This document shows, in pieces, positions 1 to 11,181 of a stretch of DNA of 64,000 bases. The stretch is from Podarcis melisellensis (taxonomy: Eukaryota). A program made the translations under genes and the position numbers. How positions within the stretch are numbered: the first letter of the stretch is position 1; every line of letters starts with the position of its first letter. Location: the NCBI GenBank assembly GCA_964234715.1, contig OZ174286.1; one strand, written 5' to 3'. The notes under the pieces are model-generated. The model saw only the letters and a program-made list of their open reading frames with translations, made no database searches and had not been told where the DNA came from.

Positions 1-478
1 TACTTGCTCCTTGCTGGCAAGCCATTAACTGCCTTCGCACCACCCCCTGCTCAATATCGCTGGAAAACATCAGGTCCATGGCACGAAAAAACTTCCTCGT
101 GTCCTTTAAGATCTCATTATTCGCTGCCATCAGGGGTCTAACCCAATCTTTCGCCCCGGATTCGAGATGGCCAATCACATACGCCACTCGCGATTCCTCG
201 TCGGGGAAGTCATCAAACTGCAAGTTTAGAGCGTATTGCATCTCTGTTCTAAAGGCATGATAGTTCCTGGGATCCCCCCCGAATTTCTGCACCAATCCTG
301 GTACCTTTCTGGCGAGCGGGGTGGTTTTCTCCTTTCCCTTTTCTGCATCCTGAGCCCTCCTCTCCTCAAGCCTCGCCGTTTGCAGCGCCAACTGGATCTC
401 CAACGCTCTGTACCTTTCTTCCAGGCTTGGACCCCCTCCAGCTGCTCCTGCACCCCCGGTTCCGGCTGGGTTGCTCAT
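1..478 (-). CDS. Retrotransposon Gag (PEG10/RTL-like capsid), 5' partial, 159 codons, no stop before window edge
   Basis: Hand translation MSNPAGTGGAGAAGGGPSLEERYRALEIQLALQTARLEE...VQKFGGDPRNYHAFRTEMQYALNLQFDDFPDEESRVAYVIGHLESGAKDWVRPLM...FFRAMDLMF...RRQLMACQQGAS fits the F.G.P / F..D..RV.FV..L.G.A..W / L.QG pattern. Confidence 0.92.
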   Translation of the reverse strand, partial: MSNPAGTGGAGAAGGGPSLEERYRALEIQLALQTARLEERRAQDAEKGKEKTTPLARKVPGLVQKFGGDPRNYHAFRTEMQYALNLQFDDFPDEESRVAYVIGHLESGAKDWVRPLMAANNEILKDTRKFFRAMDLMFSSDIEQGVVRRQLMACQQGAS

Positions 479-524
479 GATGCTTCTCTCTGCACAAGCT
501 GGCTTTCGGTGACTTTCGGATTGC

Positions 525-932
525 TGTGATGGGACGATGAGCTGCTTGTGCGTAAAATGCAAGTCCCTCAGAGTTTGATCAGGTTTTCAAACCTCTGCCT
601 GTGACGGAGCCCCTCCAGCATGGCTGCGTCAATCACTAGTAGAATCCGAAAGTGGCTGCTTTCGGAAACGTTTCCAACATAAAAGCTCCTTAACGGAAAC
701 ACGTCGTCTGGCCTCTCGGCGTGACAGTTTCCGTCGAGGTGTGGGTGTCCCTATAGGAGGTCCTGAGACCTCCCCACTGGTTTCGCTTGAAGCGTCTCTG
801 AGCCATCCCTCCGACTCACTTTCCCTTGGAGTTCTTGCTCGCCCTCTACTGGTTCCCTCTTCCGCTGCTACTGCTCTCTCAACCTCAGGGAGCCTTTGCA
901 CCTGCGGCGCTTTAGATGTCAGTTCCCTGACA
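525..932 (-). repeat. 5' LTR (~408 bp)
   Basis: Minus strand starts TGTCAGGGAAC and ends GTCCCATCACA (TG...CA, 8/11 terminal inverted match); PBS follows after a 2-nt spacer. Confidence 0.75.
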
Positions 933-1164
933 CATCACAACATAGTTCCTTTGGAAGTTTAAGGGAGATGAGGGAAGATAGAAAGGAGAATAAGATTTTG
1001 ATTACATCCTTTGAAGAAACAAGTTGTAAAATGATGCACTTATTGTCCATTAGAAAATAAATATTTCATTTAACTTGCTGGGCATTTTCTACTTGTTCTC
1101 TTGCAAGAGTCTTGAGAAACTAAGTTGACAAAATTAAACTTGATAGACAGATATGAAACAGAAT

Positions 1165-1672
1165 TGTTGTTGTTGTTTAGTCGTTTAGTCGTGACCGACT
1201 CTTTGTGACCCCATGGACCAGAGCATGCCAGGCACTTCTGTCTTCCACTGCCTCCTGCAGTTTGGTCAAACTCATGTTGGTAGCTTCGAGAACTGTCCAA
1301 CCATCTCGTCCTCTGTCGTCCCCTTCTCCTTGTGCCCTCAATCTTTCCCAGCATCAGGGTCTTTTCCAGGGAGTCTTCTCTTCTCATGAGGTGGCCAAAG
1401 TATTGGAGCCTCAGCTTCAGGATCTGTCCTTCCAGTGAGCACTCAGGGCTGATTTCCTTAAGAATGGATACGTTTGATCTTCTTGCAGTCCATGGGACTT
1501 TCAAGAGTCTCCTCCATAATTCAAAAGCATCAATTCTTCAGCGATCAGCCTTCTTTATGGTCCAGCTCTCACTTCCATACATCACTACTGGGAAAACCAT
1601 AGCTTTAACTATACGGACCTTTGTTGCCAAGGTGATGTCTCTGCTTTTTAAGATGCTGTCTAGGTTTGTCAT
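1165..1672 (-). mobile_element. BovB (RTE-clade LINE) 5'-truncated fragment
   Basis: MTNLDSILKSRDITLATKVRIVKAMVFPVVMYGSESWTIKK...LQYFGHLMRREDSLEKTLMLGKIEG..RRGRQRTRWLD with stop/frameshift; (CAA)n tail; TSD tgaaa(c/t)agaat at 1154-1164 and 1673-1683. Confidence 0.93.
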
Positions 1673-3561
1673 TGAAATAGAATAGTACATTTCAAATTCA
1701 AAGATGTATCTGATCCATTCACCTGTTTCTAAGAGGGATGGAAGAGCTCTCATTTGAGCACTGAGATTCGTTTCAAATGCATTTAAGACTGAGGCTATAA
1801 TACTATGATGCAGGTTCCAAGTTCAAATGTGGCACCATTTTGAGGCATGCAAGAAATGTGATTTCTTCGTTGAGCACTAAAACTATGCATGCTACAATCT
1901 ATTGCTTTTTCCAAAAGTCATTCTAGGTTTCAGGTTCAAAACTGACCTTTTTGATAGGGACTATTTTTGAAAGGGAAACATTCAGCACTGAAAAACTGGA
2001 TTCAAACTTGGTGTGCACATTCATGGCATCATTCTAAAAGTTCCAAGTATTTGAGGAAGAGGGAGAAGAGATGGGTAAACACCGAGGTGCAATGACTCAA
2101 AATATTGAAGAAAAATATTGAGATGGAAAGATAACAGGATTCCAATAGGATAAGCAGGTTGAAACAATTGCAATGAAACAACGTTCATTGGAACGTTCCG
2201 GATGCAAGACCTATTCAATCCTACGATTCACTAGTTTTTAAAATGAAGTATTTTCTTTCTAGGAAAGCCAACACTGAAAAAACTGGATTGCAAATGAAAT
2301 CCTATTGCAAGTTACACTGGCATACACATATCTTTCTGGAAATAATAAGAATTGTATAAACACTAGTTGAAACTGGGAACAACTCCACATTCCACACTTT
2401 GAGGGCACTGATGGTATAGGTCTGAAGGAATCCAATTTACTTCCTCACGTGGAGGTACTAGGCAATGTTTGTGTGCAGCTTCCCTGTACCCAAAGAATTT
2501 GCCCTTCAATTAATGGATACACACACCAGCCTATAAGAATTTAAATCCACAGAACGAGAAATATCTGCTCTCCCAAGGAAGGAATGATCAAAGTCATGGC
2601 AACCAAAGAAACAACTTTCAAATAATTTGATTTAGCTTATCACAACTTTGAACTGTTTACGTCACTGTCTTAAAAACATTTAAATGAAAGAAACCTCCAA
2701 AAACATGAGACTTCAAAAGATCTGAAAAACTTACCACAATCCCCGAAAAATCATATAATATTGTAGGTGTACCACCACCAGAAGGGGAGATGGAGGTGGA
2801 AAATCAATACACCTGGCTCAACAGATAAACAGGTATCAGGGCTATAGATACTTTTTAAAGAGATGCTAATGCTTACTTTTCTAAATCTATCCTACAGTAC
2901 TATATACTATATAAGGATGTCATCATGCTGTGGTTTCCATGGCCAGCAACAGATGGCTCTGTGAACTACAACGTGAAGAAGGAAAAGCAGTGTTGGCAGT
3001 TGAGGATGATAGAAATAGAGATGGGGGCAGCCCACACAAGTGAGTGAACAGGCAGGTGACAGTGCAGGTGAGCAGGTGGCCCAGATGATCAACACAGGTA
3101 TCAGGTAGCCTAGGCAAGCCACAGAGGAAAACCCAGGGCAGCTCCCCACCAACCATTCAGCTCTGCTGCCACTGCCCACCGCCCACCAATATTGCTGTTT
3201 TGGCCTCAGCAGCATTGGAGTAGAGAAGGAAGTAAGCAGAGGCAGGTGGGAACCCCAGGCAGGCTGCAGAGGAACAGTCGGGACAGCACAGGGGAGCTGT
3301 CGAACAACCATCCTACCACTTCGCTGCTCCTCAACTTCTGCAGCTAAGTCCAAGGCACCCATGTCAGTGTGAGTATAAGCAGAGGGTGGGACGGGGGGTC
3401 TAAAGGAGAAAGTGTGGTTGGGATAGGTTGTAAGGAGAAGGGGGAGAGGAGGTTGGGATGAGATGCTAAGGGAGAAGATTTTCAAAATCTATACTGTATC
3501 CAATAGTGTATTGCAACCCGTTCCTCAATAATCTACTAAGGATATAATTAAGGAGTGCTAC

Positions 3562-3788
3562 CTGATTGGTGGTTTCGTTTATTGTTTCCAGAAGTTTTTC
3601 AACGGCTGCCTGAAGTCGAGAACTGATATTTAAAACCAGCTCTTCATTTTTGGGGTCTACTTCCACTCCAGCAAAGCCATGCTCCGTGAGGTACTGTGAG
3701 AGTTCAAGGCCTTCATCTGTGACTTCTGACCACATGCTAGGGCCATCACCTTCTACATCACTGCCATGATACGAAGATGATGCCTTTT
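3562..3788 (-). CDS. AKAP9: AKAP9 exon 22 (EKASSSYHGSD...LNISSRLQAAVEKLLETINETTNQ)
   Basis: 227 nt, phase 1/0; NISSRLQAAVEKLLE motif; last exon found in the window, gene continues leftward. Confidence 0.95.
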
Positions 3789-5219
3789 CTACACAAAAAT
3801 AATAATGATGATAATAATATGAGTAATGGTGTCTTGTAAAACTTTTTGGTATTAAAAATGGTAAAACAGTTTCATATATATATACAGAATGAATTATGAT
3901 CAAATAAATAGTACAAATACACATATATAATAATATATGGCCATACTTACACTGTAAAAGCAGGACATCACAGCAACAACAAAAAATACATTTTGCACTA
4001 AAAGTTACACAAATAAGGTAGAGAGAATGTTAGCAAGCAGAAACAGGCAATAGAAAAGGAGATACTAACAGAAGAAAAATATTTTTGTAGCATGCTATAG
4101 TCTATTCCTTTTATAGCGGGTACGTAACTGGAAACTAATCTTATTGGCTTCTGTTAGTGTGTCCCAGTTTGGAATAAGCAGCTGCACATTGCAAGCATAT
4201 AGAATGTAAGCAGACTGCACTTCAGTACCACTTTGAGCCATAACATTCAGATTATGCCCTTAATAAATTACTATTGGTCAATTAATCAGGGAACTATTCA
4301 TGTCGACATCAGGGTTTGTTTTTGCATTTGTTTGTTTCTTTGTTTAAAAAGATATACCAAGCGGGCTGCAATTCTATGGAGGGATATATGGTTTGGGAAA
4401 AAAATATTCCTGCTCTCAACTGGCCTGCTTGGGGCCAACTTTATCTCTCCTTAAGTCTCCTCCTGGGAAGTCTACTCTCTTAGATTTCCCAGCAAATGAA
4501 ATATATTGTCTCCACCACTAGTGTAAATTAAAACAAAACAGCACCCTGCCTCTGTGTTTACCCAGTGTTGCCTTTTACTCGGATCTCAGTTTTGATCAGT
4601 ATTTTCCAGTTTAAAATTAAAATCCACTGTCAGTAATGAAGCCAGCAGCAGCAGTTTTGCAAGAGCTTTCATGTCCAAAGCAGCAAAAAGGAAGTCCTGG
4701 TTCAGATGTAAGAGTCATCTTAAATTAATAAACTATGATTTCACATCATCAATAATAGTCAAAGACTAAAGCACAACTTCTCCATTAAGTTGCAATGTGA
4801 ACCTGTCATTAAAAGAAGAACTGGAGGCAGCTGGGTAGGAAGAGACAAGAAGGGAACGCACAGGCACACTCTCTCAGGCCTTTAAGGACTGCAGTTTTCT
4901 CAGCTCTGTCTGAATCAGGACCATGGGCAAGAGGTCTATGTAGGAATAATTTTATAGTGTCCTTTCCTCTTTGGTGAACTAGTCAGTATGAATTGAAGTA
5001 GGCACCACCAACACATCTTGCTTAGGCTTTCAGAGCCTTGGTGTACCACTTTTTATAACATCCATGAAATATTTTCCTTAATATGAATTACTGTTACATA
5101 TCTCCTTTTATGGTTTTCGTAAGGCCAACGTAAAATTCCGTAAAACTGCAAGACTCCATGAACAAAAATAAAATAACATAGTTTTTATATGAATGGAATG
5201 AATAGCTGGATGAGTGTCA

Positions 5220-5765
5220 AGTTTACATTCACATGGCACCTTTCATCTGCACAGGATGTCAAAGCACTTTACATGCCCTGCAGGATTCAAACTCAGAGCC
5301 ATCAGCGTGCAGTTCCCTTAGGGATTTGCTGGCAAATGTTTTCGGCCAACTCATTGCGCAACATTTAGGATGGATTTGGAGAAAGGAAGAGTTTAAAAAC
5401 TTTCCAAACCCTTCTTAAAAAAAACAAAAACAAAAACTTTCTACAGACTTAACCGCTCACCCTTTTGACAATATGCAAAGTGTTACTATTCCATCAGGAG
5501 GTGAAGGGCCTCCTGGTGTCAAAGCGTATTTACTGCAGGAGCTTTAATATCCTCAGAGTAGAAAGGACCTTTGAGATGCACATCCAGGATACTGTTTGGT
5601 CAATGTTAATACATTGGTTAAGGCTGAGTCGGGGGAAGCATAACCCCGTACTGAGCCACTGACACCACTTACGGACGCAAAGGATGCTCTTTGAAGTTCA
5701 CCCATCTTTAAGTACTGACCAGGTAAGAGACCCTGCTTAGCTTCTGACAAATAAGAACCTGCAGT
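5220..5765 (-). mobile_element. 5S rRNA-headed ancient SINE, AmnSINE1/DeuSINE-like, near full length
   Basis: Head AGAAGCTAAGCAGGGTC..CCTGGTCAGTACTT..GATGGG (5S A/C boxes); tail GTAAAGTGCTTTG..ATCCT..GATGAAAGGTGCCATGTGAATGTAA; colinear with recalled consensus. Confidence 0.75.
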
Positions 5766-8700
5766 ACAGTAAGCAGAGCTACAGAAAAGATACAGTCAAT
5801 TATAAAGATATATTAGTTACTGCGTATTCTAAGCTATGTGCAAAGTCCAATGGGTATATATTACTACTCTGGCCCAATCCACAACTTCATTACACTGCAT
5901 GCCATTGCACAATGCCCCCTTTGACCCAGGAAATAGGACACCCAAGCTTGCAGCTTTGGCCATGCGTCCTCACTATTAGTCCTTCTGGGTAGGGCATTAA
6001 CTTCAGAAGGTGCATCACAGCATGTCTCAAGTATCTGTAGACCTGAGGAATGGCTGTGGGTTAAGAGTCTAGCAGTGCCATGCAGTTCAGCAAAGCTGAC
6101 TCCATTGCCAGTTTAACTCTCGTCTTCCAGCTATATCATGCTTTTCATGGAAACAGAAATGCACCCTTGTCATTTAGCTTGCAGACTGTAGGTTTGCTTG
6201 CTTTTCTAACCCCCCTTAAGTAACATGAGATTTTAAAACTGTTGCTAACTAAAAAAAACCTTTAAACTTATCCTTGCAGGGAAAATGCATGTAGTTCACA
6301 TTAATCTACCATACCCTATAATCTAAGTCCTGACAGGAAATTTTTGCTGAGCTTGTATGGCTGGATGTATTGTGCTTCAGTAAGCTACTTTAAAATACAG
6401 GTTGCTATTTTCATAGAATTACACAGATGTGCAAGAACATTTGAACTTCCTAAGGTCTATGAGGTTTTCATGCATCAAATCAGCAGGTTTTGTGCTGACT
6501 TAGCCTTTGTTTTAAGCAGCTCATGTTTTTTCAAGTGTTTATACGTACAATTATGAAGTAAATCTCCCTTATGTATTCCAGTGGCTGAGGGGCTGTGAAA
6601 GGATTACAAATATTTTGAAGTTACGTTTCTAAAGCCTTGTGTTGGCTCCAGCTATTTATTAACCAAACAGCTCTGATATTGTGACAATTGGTATGGGGGG
6701 CAGCTCCTGTGATTAGATGGGACCCGTTTATGCCCTGTCCTATTGGAAGCTGAGCCAATGGTGGGATGCTCATCTCTGGCCAAGAGCTCATACAATCATG
6801 CTTGTTCCTTCATCTGGTACCACACAGTGGTGCCAACACAGAGGGAAGAATTATTTCCTTTGGTTCACCTCAGGCTATACTTATGGGGCTGAGATGTAGA
6901 CTTCGCCTCAGTTTCTGGCAAGCCTATGCAAGTGGAGGCTGAATAGTAACAGGGGAGCGAATGCCTTGGTGTGAACAGGGAAAATGTCAGTATGACAACA
7001 GACCCAAAACAACTTCCCACTCCTCCACACCTTTGCAGTTTGATTCTGGTTGCTATTTCACAGGAGCTGTGAGTCAAGGATGCCATTTTAGGTGGTTCAA
7101 CACCAGAAGCTACCTTCCATTCCTAACTGTTCATAATGCACAGTCTAATCCACTGCACTAACAACATTAAACCTGAATAATGCATGTTGGATGGCCAACT
7201 ACTCTATTCTTTTTTATATATAATATTTAGCTAATTTGTGGGAGAATAACACTGATTCCAATGAAACTGTGAAGTGTTACAAGCTTTTATCATTCACAAA
7301 GGAAAAGCTGAATAGGGACACTGTAAAATAACTGAATCATTGAATGCATCGTGAAGGCTTCAGCAGTCCATGACATAAGCTCTCTATAAATAAGCATGAG
7401 TTGCTGGACATCTTACATTAATGTCACTTCTATTTACATAAGGTATGGTCCCCATATATGAACTATCAAAAATGATCCTTTCTGTGTTGCGTTTGACGCT
7501 CAGACATAGCCAAATCCCAAACTTTCCCTTGCCATTCCGTCTATCCTGTTCTTATGCTATCTAAACTTTCCAATTTATTTACCTGTCACGAATTCAGAAT
7601 AGTTTTGCAACATATACGTTCTGTCTACTTTCCTCTGGCTTACACATACAGCTTCCCCCTACACCAGTGATGAAGACGGCTGTTTCTTTACCCATCTATA
7701 GTTGCTGACCACACCCAAAAGCAAGCCTTCCTTGAAGAGTCCAAAAGAAGGCCTTCATTCACACACCCTCTCAAAGAAGCATCTCAATGAGTTACATAAA
7801 ACCAAACAAAGCAGATTATGCTAAATATATGATAGCATTTTAAGATCAATTTTTAAGATTAAAGACTTATGTTTTAAATCCCCAACTCCTAACAACTAAT
7901 GTTTTATATGAGAGGGTGTTTCTTTGTATTTTGATGCAGGTTTAATTAATCACACAATTTTTGTAAAAGCTTGAGATTTCTCTCTTCCTGTGCAGTAACT
8001 TTTATGCTGCTGCCATCTTAACAGCACTGCTCATTTCCTCATATTCATCCGTGCCTCTAGAAAGCAGAGTCATGGCACATTAACCTGGCCAGGCCTGGAC
8101 ATATTCCAAAGTTATTCCAACCTTTATTGAACTAACAGAACTCGACAACAGGGGCAAAGCAACTGCTTCTATACATTTCTGAAGACCTGGGCCACTCCCA
8201 CTCCCAACATGATTGACTATCTAAACTTCCAAGCTGTGAATCATAACTCAGAGATTAAGGGCCAATGGCAGAGGCCCAAATCCTAAATTGTTCTGTGATT
8301 GGATATCATGTCTCAAATCAGAACACAGAGGCTCAGAATCCTTAGTCCAGACTCAAGCTCAAGCAAACACAAACCACTGAATACATAACAGGCAGCAACA
8401 CTGGTGTAAGCCCCTTCAGAAAGTCTAAGATTGCTTCTGAACAAACAATTTTGCATTGATCTGCAATAAATATCAATAGTTAAGAATAAATACAATATGG
8501 TTACATAGCAAATGTTTGTGTAGGTGCACCAACACAAATCATGGTAACCTGCATATGACTTATATGCTATGTTTTACTGGTATTTTACCCAATTTGGGGG
8601 TCTTCCTAAAAAAAGCTCAACTTTCAGGATGTCCTAGTTTTACATGGAGGCACTTTCTGCATTGGAATTTTGTCTTATCTGAAAAAGTCTTCAGTTCCAG

Positions 8701-8989
8701 ACCAGATAGCATTCTTGTATAATACCACATGGAGTTCTGTACTATTGCACAAGCACAGTGGTAGAAAATTATTTGCAGGCACAGCAAGTCCTTGATTATA
8801 TAACCATCTCTAACATTAAACCCCCAAATCTACTTGGATTTATTTTTTTAGCTTGGTTGACATACTACACCAAAAGAATGAACGACTTAGATATATTCCT
8901 TATATAGAGTTGCTTACTAAATTCCAGTCAGCTGTGCTATCTCAATTTATCACCAAATGTGTATTTTGGCCTTATGTATCATTTAAAAT

Positions 8990-9352
8990 GGGACGCGGGT
9001 GGCGCTGTGGGTAAAAGCCTCAGCGCCTAGGGCTTGCCGATCGAAAGGTCGGCGGTTCGAATCCCCGTGGCAGGGTGCGCTCCCGTTGCTCGGTCCCAGC
9101 GCCTGCCAACCTAGCAGTTCGAAAGCACCCCCGGGTGCAAGTAGATAAATAGGGACCGCTTACTGGCGGGAAGGTAAACGGTGTTTCCGAGTGCTGCGCT
9201 GGCTCGCCAGATGCAGCTTGTCACGCTGGCCACGTGACCCGGAAGTGTCTTCGGACAGTGCTGGCCCCCGGCCTCTTAAGTGAGATGGGCGCACAACCCT
9301 AGGGTCTGTCAAGACTGGCCCGTACAGGCAGGGGTACCTTTACCTTTACCTT
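8990..9352 (+). mobile_element. Sauria SINE, full length (363 bp)
   Basis: tRNA-like head with GGTTCGAATCC B-box, (ACCTTT)n tail, 13-bp TSD tatcatttaaaat. Confidence 0.93.
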
Positions 9353-11017
9353 TATCATTTAAAATTGAGAGGGTATTTTATAGGGACCGATGTTTTTAAC
9401 TATGTGAGTTCAGCTGACATAGTTGGCCAATTCAAGGAAACAGCATTTAACTTAATATTCCAAGCCATTTCTTATAACATATACTGGCTGTGTTTGTCCA
9501 TCACAATAAACCATGGTTTAGTGTAATAAGCACCAAACACAAGTGTCATGGTCAAGTTACAAGACTCTTTTACTCCCTTTTTTTAAAAAAAAAGTATTTG
9601 CCCAGGACGATATCTACTTTTACCTCCCCACCCCCATTTTATGCTGTTATTTCTATGTATATTATGCTACGGCCACACGGCTAATGCAATAAATCTATTG
9701 ATTGATACTCCCACATGGCCCAGGAGGAATTGGAAGCTTTTACTTGCCTTTTGCTTTTCCTTAACCAAGCTTTGTAATCTGGTGAGACCAACTATGGCTA
9801 ACACGATTTTTCTAATCTAAAAAAATGTATCATTAAATCAGAGTGAATTTATAATTCACACATTAGAGAAAATTAAGGTACACCTAAAACAGCCTTAAAT
9901 ATATATCCCCTACTTTAGCATAACTCTTGTTTAAAATTCATTTAGTGTCATGGCACCTACCCTTTGGAATCCGCCCCCCTCCCTGGTCACATATTAGACA
10001 GCCTGTCTCTGTTGTCCTTTTGGTGCCTCCAGCAGACCATACTCTTTCAACAAGCCTTTTAAGTGGAGTCTGCATCTGTACTGGAACTATTTTAACTGTT
10101 TGCATACATGGAATTGTTTTTAAAAGTTTGTATTGTTTTATACAGAATCATAGTATCATAGAATTATAGAGCTGGGAGGCACCACGAGGATCATCTAGTC
10201 TATGCATACTCAACAGGTCGATCAACTATGAGTAGATCACAGTGTCTTGGGAGTTGGAAGTGCCTGATCCAGAGCCTCAGGCTCTACTGAGTGAGCCATG
10301 TGATAAGGACATATATGAAATTGTTTTAACTTGTGTGTTTTTTCTCACTTTTTTGTAACAGATTTGTTTTTATAATTGTATATTTTATTCTTATAACTTA
10401 CCCTAGGATCTTGTGACAAAGGGCAAGTAAAATAATAATGATAATGATAATACAAACAAATAGTAAGTAGGGCTCATAATTGGAGCCAAAGATAAAGGCA
10501 GTCCCCCTCTCATACTGAGAATGGAAGGTGTAGATTTCTTCATATTAAACTATGATGCACTCTTACTCTTTCTGTTCACAGAATGAACAATTCATTTTTA
10601 TAATAAAAATTAGAAGCCTTTGTGCTGAAACAGGTAGCGAACAAAATGTCATGTCATTAAATTCTATACTCTATAAATCAGTATGACAAGGTTCATCAGT
10701 GTTTATTTTTAAATACTGAGACAAGTTAGTACAAGTTTAAGAAGACAAGTATAGTCTTGTATTTCACTGCACACATTACCTATGCTCCAAAGAGCAGAAT
10801 TACAACAAATGACTAATGAGGGCCACCATAGAAGAGACATGGGGAGTCCAGGGCTGGAAGTTGTTGTACTACAACTCCTATCAACCACACTAAGCACGAC
10901 CAGTAGTTAAGGTACTACCAACAACTAGAAGAGGTACCAGGTTGCCTATCCCTGCTCTATGGTAATGTCAAACAACAATCACAAAAGCGTTTCAAAACCA
11001 TTTGATAAAACAATATA

Positions 11018-11181
11018 CCGTATTGGCCTGGGCAAACAGCACCAGGAGCCCGTAATCTCCTATCCTCTCCCCCAAGGCTAAGAAGGGAGCAGCTTATATT
11101 CAGGTATTGTCTTTCCCCCCCCCCCCCACTTTTAAATGTGTGGCTTATATTCGGGTGCAGCTTATAGTCGGACCAATACGG
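11018..11181. mobile_element. Tc1/mariner/pogo-type MITE
   Basis: TA|CCGTATTGG ... CCAATACGG|TA terminal inverted repeats. Confidence 0.75.

Larger units (their letters stand above)
1..932 (-). mobile_element. Ty3/gypsy (Tf1/sushi-like) LTR retrotransposon, 5' end, truncated by window edge
   Basis: 5' LTR 525-932, then PBS 512-522, then gag ORF from 478; CpG-rich compared with surrounding intron. Confidence 0.9.

Noticed and set aside
78-529. ORF-track entries 78..260, 226..453, 236..529
   Set aside because: Shadow frames of the gag ORF
600-932. Alternative shorter LTR ending at GCTCCGTCACA (600)
   Set aside because: Terminal match is similar (8/11), but no PBS-like sequence follows it, whereas the 525 end is followed by the self-complementary PBS; only the 3' LTR can settle this
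2907-3485. 192-aa minus-strand ORF downstream of exon 22
   Set aside because: Non-ATG start, low-complexity translation, no AKAP9 similarity or matching splice sites
5690-5755. 5S rRNA gene
   Set aside because: Only a degenerate internal promoter segment, continuous with SINE body sequence
9000-9070. tRNA gene
   Set aside because: tRNA-derived SINE head with SINE tail and TSD
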